DNA from: a virus
Taxonomy: Duplodnaviria; Caudoviricetes
DNA: 64,000 nucleotides
Virus record (IMG/VR): IMGVR_UViG_3300029258_002326
Coordinates: 1-64,000 of that record
Direction: 5' to 3' (one strand)
A program made the translations under genes and the position numbers. Below the pieces are notes generated by a model, which worked only from the letters and a program-made list of their open reading frames with translations, did no database searches and was not told the DNA's origin. Shown one piece after another: positions 27,341 through 35,224 of the stretch. Numbering within the stretch: position 1 is the stretch's first letter; each line of letters starts with the position of its first letter.

Positions 27341-27634
27341 ATGACCCCAAGTGTTTTTAAGAAGATCGCCCCAGGCGGGCGAGCGGGACGCGTTGGTGCG
27401 GGCATTAGCTGTGACGCTGGTAAGTTCTACTGCGAGATAGACGTTGCTTCCGGTGTGGGGAGCTTTGTTGCTCGGCTGAGTAACGGCGAAGAGTACAGAA
27501 GATCTCTGGATGAGTTAAGGATAGAATACGATGTGGCTGACGGTAGGGTCGACGAGCCGGTGTCGGCTGATTCGTATCTCTTGAAGGGGATCGGATGGGT
27601 CCTGACTAAGTACAAACTATCCAAGAGTGACTAA
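27341..27634 (+). CDS. hypothetical protein
   Basis: GGAG upstream. Confidence 0.6.
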   Translation: MTPSVFKKIAPGGRAGRVGAGISCDAGKFYCEIDVASGVGSFVARLSNGEEYRRSLDELRIEYDVADGRVDEPVSADSYLLKGIGWVLTKYKLSKSD

Positions 27635-27737
27635 TTGGTGAGATCTTCGTAAAGTCGTGATATGTGTTGATGATTCAATGCTGTTCGGAGCGTAGGCTGA
27701 TGGAGGAAAACTGTGAAATTGGAAGTTGGTGTCTTCA

Positions 27738-28643
27738 ATGGGTAAAGCAGCTAAACGTCTAAAGGGTAAGCCAACTGGGCGGATTGCTAATCTTAGGTGT
27801 TACGAGACTGTCCATGACATGGTGTGCGCAGGCTATCCGCTGACCGCGATTGCCAACTTGATACAGGACAAAATGCAAGAGTATCTTGATGTGCCTAAGC
27901 AGGCTGTTGTGATGGCCCTTCACAGGTACAGGGAGAGTCTTAAGGATAGCGGGGATTTGGTCCAGGGTGCAATGCCGAGGGTATTTGTAGAGGCCAAGAA
28001 GAAGTTCTCCAACAAAATGCAGGAGCTTGAGCGCCTGGAGGATATGATCCTCGTGCTCCAGTATCGGATTGATTTGGCCCATGGCGTGGAGCGGATAGCG
28101 AACGCAGTTGACCCTGGGGTCGACAGGATGACGAGGGAATTCACGAATGTGGTTGCGCGAATGCACGACATCAAAATGGATCTTGGACTTGTCGGCTCGC
28201 GGGACATCGGTACGATCACAGTCTCTGCGGAGAGACTGGAGGAAGTACGACTTAAGTACGGGGACAATGCAGCTAAGGCATACGCCGATCCTGTATCTCG
28301 AAATAGAGTTCTGGCAGCCATTGGTGCGATACGGAAGGTGTCGGGAGATAAGTCAGTCGAGCGACTTGCTACTGAGATGGGGGTTTCCGATCCTGACGGT
28401 GCTGTGATTGACGCTGAGTTTACGGCCAAAGAAGAGTCTGTCGCGATTCCTGTCGCGAAAGACGCCGGAGATGTCGCGAAAGCCAAGGGCAAGCCAGTGA
28501 AGAAGACCGCGAAAAAGCCCGCGAAGAAGAAGGCCAAGATCAAGCCAGCTGACAAGCCAGTGGCGAAAGAGGCGCCGGTCGAAAAGCCTGCCCCAGTTTC
28601 AGTTCTCCCTCCTGGGCCAGAGAAGCCGAAGATAAAGAGGTGA
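27738..28643 (+). CDS. putative terminase small subunit
   Basis: Directly upstream of TerL; N-terminal HTH-like region, central coiled coil, K/P/A-rich tail; mostly a positional inference. Confidence 0.5.
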   Translation: MGKAAKRLKGKPTGRIANLRCYETVHDMVCAGYPLTAIANLIQDKMQEYLDVPKQAVVMALHRYRESLKDSGDLVQGAMPRVFVEAKKKFSNKMQELERLEDMILVLQYRIDLAHGVERIANAVDPGVDRMTREFTNVVARMHDIKMDLGLVGSRDIGTITVSAERLEEVRLKYGDNAAKAYADPVSRNRVLAAIGAIRKVSGDKSVERLATEMGVSDPDGAVIDAEFTAKEESVAIPVAKDAGDVAKAKGKPVKKTAKKPAKKKAKIKPADKPVAKEAPVEKPAPVSVLPPGPEKPKIKR

Positions 28644-28653
28644 GCTTAGCTCG

Positions 28654-28667
28654 CGAACTCAAGTTCG
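28654..28667 (+). repeat. 14-bp quasi-palindrome copy 6
   Basis: Exact match; between putative terS and terL. Confidence 0.95.
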
Positions 28668-28683
28668 CAGATGGGGATGACTG

Positions 28684-31600
28684 TTGATAGTTACGACACG
28701 CAAGGGGAGAAAGAAGTCTGTAATAACCAAGGAGGAGCTGGCGGCCCATGCCGGTGACATGGTTGACGCCCTGACAGACGCAGAGCTAGAGCTGGTGATG
28801 GGCCTGATAGACGAAGATCCGGAGATTCAGATAGAGCACCACAAGACGATGCGCGGGCACTTGTACCACCGAGAGCCTGTCTCTATGGAGCAATTCATAG
28901 AGGATCCACATTACCTGGGCGAGTCTTGCTCGACTCTCTACCCAGAGCTTAAGAAAGATCTCATAGATCTGTTTGATTATCCATTCAGAGAAGTTGTGCT
29001 CACAGGCGGAATTGGAGTTGGCAAATGCCAACGAGGGGTGAACGAGCTTTATGATCCGGTCATGGGGAGAAGGCTAACTGTAGAAGATGCTGCATCTTTT
29101 GGCAAGTACAAAGCGTGCGCCACGTTCAACAAGGATGAGCGGAAGACAGTGAGTGGAGGGTGCAAAGTATTCGAAAGCGGAAGAAAGAAGGCGGGGGATC
29201 TCGTGCTTGGGAGCGGGAAGAAGATTGGACTAACTCCTGATCACCCTGTCTTGACACCGTGGGGATACAAGCCAGTCGGAGAGCTTAAGAAGGGGGATCT
29301 TGTTGCGACTTCGCGAGAGATGCCCTTACCTGAGATGCCTTTGGCTATTTCTGACAATGAGGTCAAGTGGGTGGGCTACATCTTGGCAGACGGCGGTGTG
29401 ACAACGTCTCGGATTGTCTTCGTAAAGGGTGTTGATGAAATAATCTCAGAGTTTTGGTCTCTGTCGGAATCGCTTGGCGGGGATGTGAAGGAAGAGGATG
29501 TGGATGCTGATGCGCGGAGGGTTCGTGTCCTGGGGCTTGATCGCTTGAGGGATAAATTTGATCTCAAACACAAGTCCAAGGACAAGAGAGTTCCGAGTGA
29601 GTTCTACGGGCTAGACAATCGCCAGCTTGCCTTGTTGCTGAATCGCATTTGGTCGTGTGATGGATGGTTCTGTCGCAGGGATAAGAAAAAGGGCAACTGG
29701 GAGATTGGAATATCCTTAGCCAGTGAGCCGTTCGTGAGGGATATTCAACAGCTCTTGCTTCGTTTTGGGATTCACTCTCGGATGCGTCCGCGTGAGATGG
29801 GGTACACGCACAACGGAGAGAGGAAGCATAGCGATGCTTGGTCTTTGCAGGTGCTGGGTAGGGATGAAGTTATTAGGTTCTTGAATTCGATTGGAAACCT
29901 CGTAGGCAAGGAAGAAGATTGCGAGACTGCGCGGCGCGAACTTGAGTTCGTAAAGGGCAACTCGAACGTGGACATTACCCCCATGAACAGAGAGGTGATG
30001 ACCAGGGTTCGTAAAGAGATCGGGCCGGTGCCCAAGAAGGCGTACTGGCCGCGTCCGGCGCAGGGCTCGCAAATGGGCCACGGGGTGTTCTTGAGATTCG
30101 CTGAGGCGTATGATCTTCCCGAGTGGTGCTCCTGGTGGGGTGGAGTATTCTGGGATGAGGTGGAATCGTATGAGTGCGGCGATGAGTTAGAGCCTGTGTA
30201 TGACATCGAGGTTCCTAAGACGAGGAACTTCTCAGTGCACGGGGTTATCGTTCACAATACGTTCGTGCTCTCAATAGCCATATGCAGGGTGCTTTACGAG
30301 CTGTCTTGCTTAGTGAATCCCCAGAAGACTTTCGGCCTGTCGTCGGGTACGGAGATGGTTATTCCGTTGATCTCAAAGAACCTTCCGCTGGCGCGTGCTG
30401 TCATGAAGACGGCGGTTGACGACAAGATCAAAGAGTCTCCGTATTTCATGAACGAGTTCTCTCCGAAGATCTCCAAGGAAGCCACGCTGTTTCCTCATAA
30501 CATCCGAGTGATCATAGGGTCGTACGGTAGTGAGCGAGTTCTTGGCTCGAACGTTTTCTGTGTTGGGCTTGATGAGTGCCTAATACTAGAGGCAGGTTTG
30601 ACAACGGAAAGAAAAGGTGTTAGGCGATCCATGACAGTTGGAGATCTTCTGGAAATGAGTCCAGAGGACGCTGAAAACTGCAAGGTTGTAGGTTTTGATC
30701 ATGCGGAGAATAAGCTCAAGGCTGGATGGTGGAGAATCAAGAAGTCCACGGTTCAAGAGCTTGTTGAGATCAGGACTGCGCTGGGGTCGGTATCGCCGTC
30801 GAGAAAACATCCCGTTCTTGTCCAAAGAGGAGACTGGCTTGTTTACGTTCATGCGGAGGATGTCGTCCCTGGCGATTTTGTTGTCATGGAGGATCGTGAT
30901 GCCAGCGAAGGGGCAGACTGTAAGCGAAGAGCAGAAGAAAAAACAATCGGAGAAGATGAAGGGTCGAGAGTTATCGGAGGAGACGAAAGAGAAGATGAGA
31001 TCTGCGCAAAAGGCGCGGTACGAGAATGGGTACGTCAATCCGATGAAGGGGAAGACTCAGTCAGAGGAGACGAAGAAGAAAATCAGCGAGGCCCAAAAGG
31101 GGAGGAAGTTCTCCGAGGAACATCGGCGGAAGATCGGAGAGGCGAATCGCAGAAGGAAGATCTCGAAAGAGACGCGGGAGCGAATGAGCGAGGCTCAAAA
31201 GAGCAAGGCACCTGCAAGCGAGGAGCACAGACGGAAGATAAGCGAAGCCAATACAGGCAGGAAGCATACGGACGAAGCTCGTGCGAACATGAGCAAGGCT
31301 CAGAAGGGTCGCGCCCTGTCAGAGGATCACAAAAAGAAGCTGTCAGAGGCGGCCAAGAAGCGCACAGGAGAGGCGAATCACTTCTACGGAAAGACTCACT
31401 CCGAGGAGGCGCGGAAGAAGATGAGAGAGGGTCAGGCGGGTGTACAGCGGAAGCCTCACTCCGAAGAGACAAAGAGAAAGATGAGCGAGTCTCAAAAGGG
31501 GCGCAAGTTTTCCGAGGAGACGAAGGAGAAGATGAGAAATGCTGCGAAGCGTCGTGCAGCCGATCCAGAGTGGCGAAAGAAGATGAGCGAGTCGTCGAAG

Positions 31601-34600
31601 AGGGGCTGGGCAGAGGGCACCATTGGCCAGAACATGCCACCCCGGCACGGAGAGGCGAACCCTTTCTACGGGAAGAAGCACACGGAGGAAACGAAGGCGC
31701 GTCTGAGCGAGGTTGCAAAGGCGAGAGAACCTCGCGTGCATACGGAGGCGTCGAAGGATGCGATTTCCGAGGGGAACATGCGGGCTATCAAGGACGGGAC
31801 GAGGACGTACAAGTTCCGTGCGACGTCTCCGGATGGTGGGGTTGTGCCTTGCCGGACAGAGGCGGAGAAGAGACTAGCCGATCATCTTTGTTCTCAGGAC
31901 GGGGTTGTTTCTGTTGTCGGCGAAGACAAGATGCCGTTTGTGGAGTACGATTTCAACGGCCAATCCAGGATAACGGTTGCGGACTTCATGGTAACAGCAA
32001 GCGACGGTCGAATCATTATCGTAGAAGGGAAGGCGCAGGGGTCGCTATACGGAGAGAGAGAGAGGGCTCGGTTTCTTGCTACATGGGAGCACTGCAAGGC
32101 GTGCGGGTTCGACATGATTATATCATTCAACCATGCAAGGGACCCCGATCTGTCTCTCGGTCCATTTGTGACACAGGAATTTGTGGAGATGGTGAAACAG
32201 GGGTTTGTTCCCATGTCACTGCTTTCGGACAATCGTGCCACTGGGGTTGCGGCAAGGCGAACGGGCTTTGGGCATCACGGGAAAAGAGTAGCTGGAGGAG
32301 ACAGAAAGTATCTGTTCAGCACTGTGTCTCCGGACGGGGTGATCGTCAATTGCAGGACAAGGAACAGCCTGCGTGTAGCCGATCATCTTTGCTCTCAGAG
32401 CGGGGTTGTTTCTGTTGTAGGCGAAGACAAGATGAGTGCTATTTATCACAAGGTGAATGGAGAGGGGCGCCAGACGGTTGCAGACTTCATGGTTACTCGC
32501 AGCGACGGACATATTATTTTTGTGAATGTAGAGAGCAACACGTTTGCAGAGAGCAAGGGCCTCTGTCATCGTATGAATGCAATGTGGGACCATTGCAGGG
32601 CTGTCGGTTGCAGTTTCATGATGGTATTTGCCGATGCGTCCGTGGATCCAAATGTGTGGGAGGGTCCGTTTGTCACGGATGCGTTTGTCGAGCGCGTCAT
32701 GGGCACAGGGGTGATTCGACAAGGATTAATGGCCGATGCCAGAGTTCCTGCGTTGACGGTGGCGTCTCCGAGCGGGAGCACGATCCATTGCGCGACAGAG
32801 AAGGAGATGAGGCTGGCGGAGTGCCTATGTCAGCAAGAGGGCGTGGAGTCCATTTCCTCAACAAAGAGGGAGTGCGTGGCGAGGTTCGAGTTCGAGGGGC
32901 GGGCGCGAAGGGCTGTGGCGGACTTTATTGTTCTCATGCGGGACGGGAGAGAGGTGGTTGTCTATTCCATACATGGGACAAACGCGAGGAGCGTATCATC
33001 AAGGAGTGCGCTCATGGCTATGTGGGATCACTGCAAAGAGATGGGCATGAGCATGTTGCTAGCCCTCAAGGAAGCGAGGAATCCAGATCTGTCCCTTGGT
33101 CCGTTCGTGACGCAGGAGTTCGTGGATGGGTATATGCGCGGAGATGCCAAGAGGAGTGCGCTCATAGACAAAAGGCCAAAGGGAAGGAGACCATCTCCGT
33201 TGAAGGGCAGGAAACTTGGTCCTCGCAAGAAAATGACGAACTTGAGTTCGCAGGAATCCGCCCCGAAAGAACACATGTCGAAGAAATCCCTGTCGGTCTT
33301 TGCCTCGCGGAAGTAGTGTCCGTTTCTGCCCTGCCCGCTGAACAAACATATTCTCTATGCACGGAGCATCAGACGTTCATCGCTGATGGGTTCGTGGTGC
33401 ATAATACGAACTTCCCGCCGAACCGTAAGAGCCAGCAGATCACTACAGCTATGGGCCAGAAGAAGACAAAGGCTCACTTTGATATTGTGGAGAAGGTCTA
33501 CCGGAACTTGGTCCGGCGAATAAAGTCCAGGTTCCAGGTTGCAGGCGGGGATTTCCCTGGGATGATCATCTTGGCTTCTTCGGCTGCTACCCTGGACAGT
33601 TTCACTGAGCGGAAAATCCGGGAGAGCAGGCTTGATTCCTCTGTCTTCGTCCGAGATCACACTCAGTGGACGGCCAAGCCTGGGTCTAACTTCTGCGGGG
33701 AGAAGTTCTGGGTTCTGTGTTCGGCGTCCTCTATGCGCTCTAGGATAATCGGAGACGATGAAGTGAAGCACTTCACCGACGAGTGGCTGGAGGAGAACGA
33801 TTCTTTTTTGATCGACATTCCGGTTGAGTACAAGTCGGACTTCGAGACAGACATTGAGAATGCACTAAGGGACCTTGCTGGTATATCTACTCAGGCTATA
33901 TCGATTTATATCCAGAGGCCCGACGCGGTGGACGCGTGTGTGAGCGAAGAGATGGAGCATCCGTTTACTGCGTATGAGTGGACATCCGGGCAGGCCGGGG
34001 CGTTCAAGTGGAACATTCTGTGTAACATGTTCGAGCGTCGGCTGCCTGGCGGATACACGGAGACAGCGTGGTCCCCCAAGATTAATCCTTCGAAGATGAG
34101 ATGGTGTCACATTGATACATCTCTCTCGGGGGACTGTACGGGTTTCTGTGTTGGTCATATAGACAAGTGGGTTGAGGTAGTAAGGCGAGACGGGGACGGG
34201 GTTCGTTACACGGACCTGGCACCCTCTTACGTCATTGACGTGATGTTGCGAGTGAACCCACCGGCTGGAGAGCAAATCTACATGCCGGACTTGCGTCGTT
34301 TCATTTACGAACTACAGGCACATGGTTATCAGTTCCTTGGGTTTTCGTCGGACACATACCAGTCGGCGGAGATGCACCAGCAAGTAAAGAGAAGGGGGAT
34401 TTCTACCCATATCATATCGACGGATACGTCCACGGATCCTTACGATGAGCTGAAGATGGCGATGTACGAGAACCGGATTACGTACTATCATTATCAGCCA
34501 TTTATTGAGGAAATCAAAGACTTGGAATATGATCGCAACGTGGGCAAGATCGATCATCAGCAGGCCGGGTGTTTTGTCGGAGAGACGCGGATTCCTCTTC

Positions 34601-35223
34601 TGGATGGAAGCTGCCCTATGATCTCAGAGTTGGATGGGGTGGATACGTGGGTGTACTCCTGTACAGAGGGTGGTCGCATTGTTCCGGGCCGAGCAAGGGG
34701 TCGATTAACGAAAGAGGTGACCGAGCTTGTGGATGTGGTTCTGGACAGCGGGGCTGTCGAGAGGTGTACGCATGAGCACCTTTGGATGTTGAGGGACGGG
34801 ACGTACAAGAAGGCATGCGACTTGGATCCTGGCATTGACCGTTTGATGCCGATTGATTTGAATTCTTTTCCGGTTGAGCACAAGGTCAGGCATGTAACTC
34901 CTGTTCGCCTTGATAAGCCGGTGGCTGTGTATGACTTAGAGGTTGAGGAGTATTCCAACTTCTCGCTTTCTTCTGGAGTGTTCGTCCACAACTCCAAAGA
35001 CGTTAGTGACGCAGTAGCGGGTGTGGTGTATGGTTTGATGAAGACATCGACCAAAATCCCTGCGATTGTGGGCGATAGTAAAAGTGCCGCTGTTGAAAAC
35101 GAATACGACTGGGTCTCACCTATGATCCAGACGGACGGCATAAGCGCCGAAGAGCTAAGGGACATGAAGGACGCGGGAGATACAGACGTGTCGGAGTATG
35201 TCCCTATTGTGTTTGGAGACTGA
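28684..35223 (+). CDS. terL: terminase large subunit precursor with three inteins (about 684 aa after splicing)
   Basis: Walker [11 protein letters not shown]|T, Walker B CVGLDE|T, nuclease HIDTSLSGD and KIDH...G|[10 protein letters not shown], each split by an intein; upstream of portal. Confidence 0.93.
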   Translation: MIVTTRKGRKKSVITKEELAAHAGDMVDALTDAELELVMGLIDEDPEIQIEHHKTMRGHLYHREPVSMEQFIEDPHYLGESCSTLYPELKKDLIDLFDYPFREVVLTGGIGVGKCQRGVNELYDPVMGRRLTVEDAASFGKYKACATFNKDERKTVSGGCKVFESGRKKAGDLVLGSGKKIGLTPDHPVLTPWGYKPVGELKKGDLVATSREMPLPEMPLAISDNEVKWVGYILADGGVTTSRIVFVKGVDEIISEFWSLSESLGGDVKEEDVDADARRVRVLGLDRLRDKFDLKHKSKDKRVPSEFYGLDNRQLALLLNRIWSCDGWFCRRDKKKGNWEIGISLASEPFVRDIQQLLLRFGIHSRMRPREMGYTHNGERKHSDAWSLQVLGRDEVIRFLNSIGNLVGKEEDCETARRELEFVKGNSNVDITPMNREVMTRVRKEIGPVPKKAYWPRPAQGSQMGHGVFLRFAEAYDLPEWCSWWGGVFWDEVESYECGDELEPVYDIEVPKTRNFSVHGVIVHNTFVLSIAICRVLYELSCLVNPQKTFGLSSGTEMVIPLISKNLPLARAVMKTAVDDKIKESPYFMNEFSPKISKEATLFPHNIRVIIGSYGSERVLGSNVFCVGLDECLILEAGLTTERKGVRRSMTVGDLLEMSPEDAENCKVVGFDHAENKLKAGWWRIKKSTVQELVEIRTALGSVSPSRKHPVLVQRGDWLVYVHAEDVVPGDFVVMEDRDASEGADCKRRAEEKTIGEDEGSRVIGGDEREDEICAKGAVREWVRQSDEGEDSVRGDEEENQRGPKGEEVLRGTSAEDRRGESQKEDLERDAGANERGSKEQGTCKRGAQTEDKRSQYRQEAYGRSSCEHEQGSEGSRPVRGSQKEAVRGGQEAHRRGESLLRKDSLRGGAEEDERGSGGCTAEASLRRDKEKDERVSKGAQVFRGDEGEDEKCCEASCSRSRVAKEDERVVEEGLGRGHHWPEHATPARRGEPFLREEAHGGNEGASERGCKGERTSRAYGGVEGCDFRGEHAGYQGRDEDVQVPCDVSGWWGCALPDRGGEETSRSSLFSGRGCFCCRRRQDAVCGVRFQRPIQDNGCGLHGNSKRRSNHYRRREGAGVAIRREREGSVSCYMGALQGVRVRHDYIIQPCKGPRSVSRSICDTGICGDGETGVCSHVTAFGQSCHWGCGKANGLWASREKSSWRRQKVSVQHCVSGRGDRQLQDKEQPACSRSSLLSERGCFCCRRRQDECYLSQGEWRGAPDGCRLHGYSQRRTYYFCECREQHVCREQGPLSSYECNVGPLQGCRLQFHDGICRCVRGSKCVGGSVCHGCVCRARHGHRGDSTRINGRCQSSCVDGGVSEREHDPLRDREGDEAGGVPMSARGRGVHFLNKEGVRGEVRVRGAGAKGCGGLYCSHAGRERGGCLFHTWDKREERIIKECAHGYVGSLQRDGHEHVASPQGSEESRSVPWSVRDAGVRGWVYARRCQEECAHRQKAKGKETISVEGQETWSSQENDELEFAGIRPERTHVEEIPVGLCLAEVVSVSALPAEQTYSLCTEHQTFIADGFVVHNTNFPPNRKSQQITTAMGQKKTKAHFDIVEKVYRNLVRRIKSRFQVAGGDFPGMIILASSAATLDSFTERKIRESRLDSSVFVRDHTQWTAKPGSNFCGEKFWVLCSASSMRSRIIGDDEVKHFTDEWLEENDSFLIDIPVEYKSDFETDIENALRDLAGISTQAISIYIQRPDAVDACVSEEMEHPFTAYEWTSGQAGAFKWNILCNMFERRLPGGYTETAWSPKINPSKMRWCHIDTSLSGDCTGFCVGHIDKWVEVVRRDGDGVRYTDLAPSYVIDVMLRVNPPAGEQIYMPDLRRFIYELQAHGYQFLGFSSDTYQSAEMHQQVKRRGISTHIISTDTSTDPYDELKMAMYENRITYYHYQPFIEEIKDLEYDRNVGKIDHQQAGCFVGETRIPLLDGSCPMISELDGVDTWVYSCTEGGRIVPGRARGRLTKEVTELVDVVLDSGAVERCTHEHLWMLRDGTYKKACDLDPGIDRLMPIDLNSFPVEHKVRHVTPVRLDKPVAVYDLEVEEYSNFSLSSGVFVHNSKDVSDAVAGVVYGLMKTSTKIPAIVGDSKSAAVENEYDWVSPMIQTDGISAEELRDMKDAGDTDVSEYVPIVFGD
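29026..30258 (+). mobile_element. intein 1 in TerL Walker A, with LAGLIDADG endonuclease (411 aa)
   Basis: Starts CQRG; block B TPDHPV; GYILADG and IWSCDG motifs; ends VYDIEV...IVHN followed by Thr. Confidence 0.93.
29937..29950 (-). repeat. 14-bp quasi-palindrome copy 7 (inside intein 1)
   Basis: CGAACTTGAGTTCG, coding RELEF. Confidence 0.9.
30899..33316 (+). CDS. nested putative homing endonuclease: NUMOD3 repeats + three TnsA-like PD-(D/E)xK domains (805 aa), +1 frame relative to TerL
   Basis: GGAGG at 30888-30892, 6 nt before ATG; about 14 (H/F)SEE.K.K(M/I)SE repeats and NPFYGKKH; three copies of CRT..E..LA..L....V...ADF.V...G. Confidence 0.88.
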   Translation: MPAKGQTVSEEQKKKQSEKMKGRELSEETKEKMRSAQKARYENGYVNPMKGKTQSEETKKKISEAQKGRKFSEEHRRKIGEANRRRKISKETRERMSEAQKSKAPASEEHRRKISEANTGRKHTDEARANMSKAQKGRALSEDHKKKLSEAAKKRTGEANHFYGKTHSEEARKKMREGQAGVQRKPHSEETKRKMSESQKGRKFSEETKEKMRNAAKRRAADPEWRKKMSESSKRGWAEGTIGQNMPPRHGEANPFYGKKHTEETKARLSEVAKAREPRVHTEASKDAISEGNMRAIKDGTRTYKFRATSPDGGVVPCRTEAEKRLADHLCSQDGVVSVVGEDKMPFVEYDFNGQSRITVADFMVTASDGRIIIVEGKAQGSLYGERERARFLATWEHCKACGFDMIISFNHARDPDLSLGPFVTQEFVEMVKQGFVPMSLLSDNRATGVAARRTGFGHHGKRVAGGDRKYLFSTVSPDGVIVNCRTRNSLRVADHLCSQSGVVSVVGEDKMSAIYHKVNGEGRQTVADFMVTRSDGHIIFVNVESNTFAESKGLCHRMNAMWDHCRAVGCSFMMVFADASVDPNVWEGPFVTDAFVERVMGTGVIRQGLMADARVPALTVASPSGSTIHCATEKEMRLAECLCQQEGVESISSTKRECVARFEFEGRARRAVADFIVLMRDGREVVVYSIHGTNARSVSSRSALMAMWDHCKEMGMSMLLALKEARNPDLSLGPFVTQEFVDGYMRGDAKRSALIDKRPKGRRPSPLKGRKLGPRKKMTNLSSQESAPKEHMSKKSLSVFASRK
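33237..33250 (-). repeat. 14-bp quasi-palindrome copy 8 (inside the dual-coding region)
   Basis: CGAACTTGAGTTCG. Confidence 0.9.
34570..34992 (+). mobile_element. intein 3 (mini-intein, 141 aa) in TerL nuclease domain
   Basis: [13 protein letters not shown]; CTHEHLW; VYDLEV...FVHN followed by Ser; no endonuclease. Confidence 0.93.
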
Positions 35224-35224
35224 T

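Larger units (their letters stand above)
30577..33405 (+). mobile_element. intein 2 in TerL Walker B (943 aa) containing an out-of-frame nuclease gene
   Basis: Starts CLILEAG; block B SRKHPV; ends TYSL...[10 protein letters not shown] followed by Thr; central ~800 aa has no recognisable domain. Confidence 0.88.

Noticed and set aside
30577-33405. Sequencing frameshifts in an ordinary in-frame endonuclease intein
   Set aside because: Both frames are open across the full 2.4 kb and the +1 gene has its own GGAGG-ATG. Two compensating errors would not remove all stops from the other frame.
30577-33405. Group I intron carrying a homing endonuclease
   Set aside because: Flanks are protein-splicing motifs (Cys start, His-Asn/Thr end), the host frame is uninterrupted, and there is no room for a non-coding ribozyme core.
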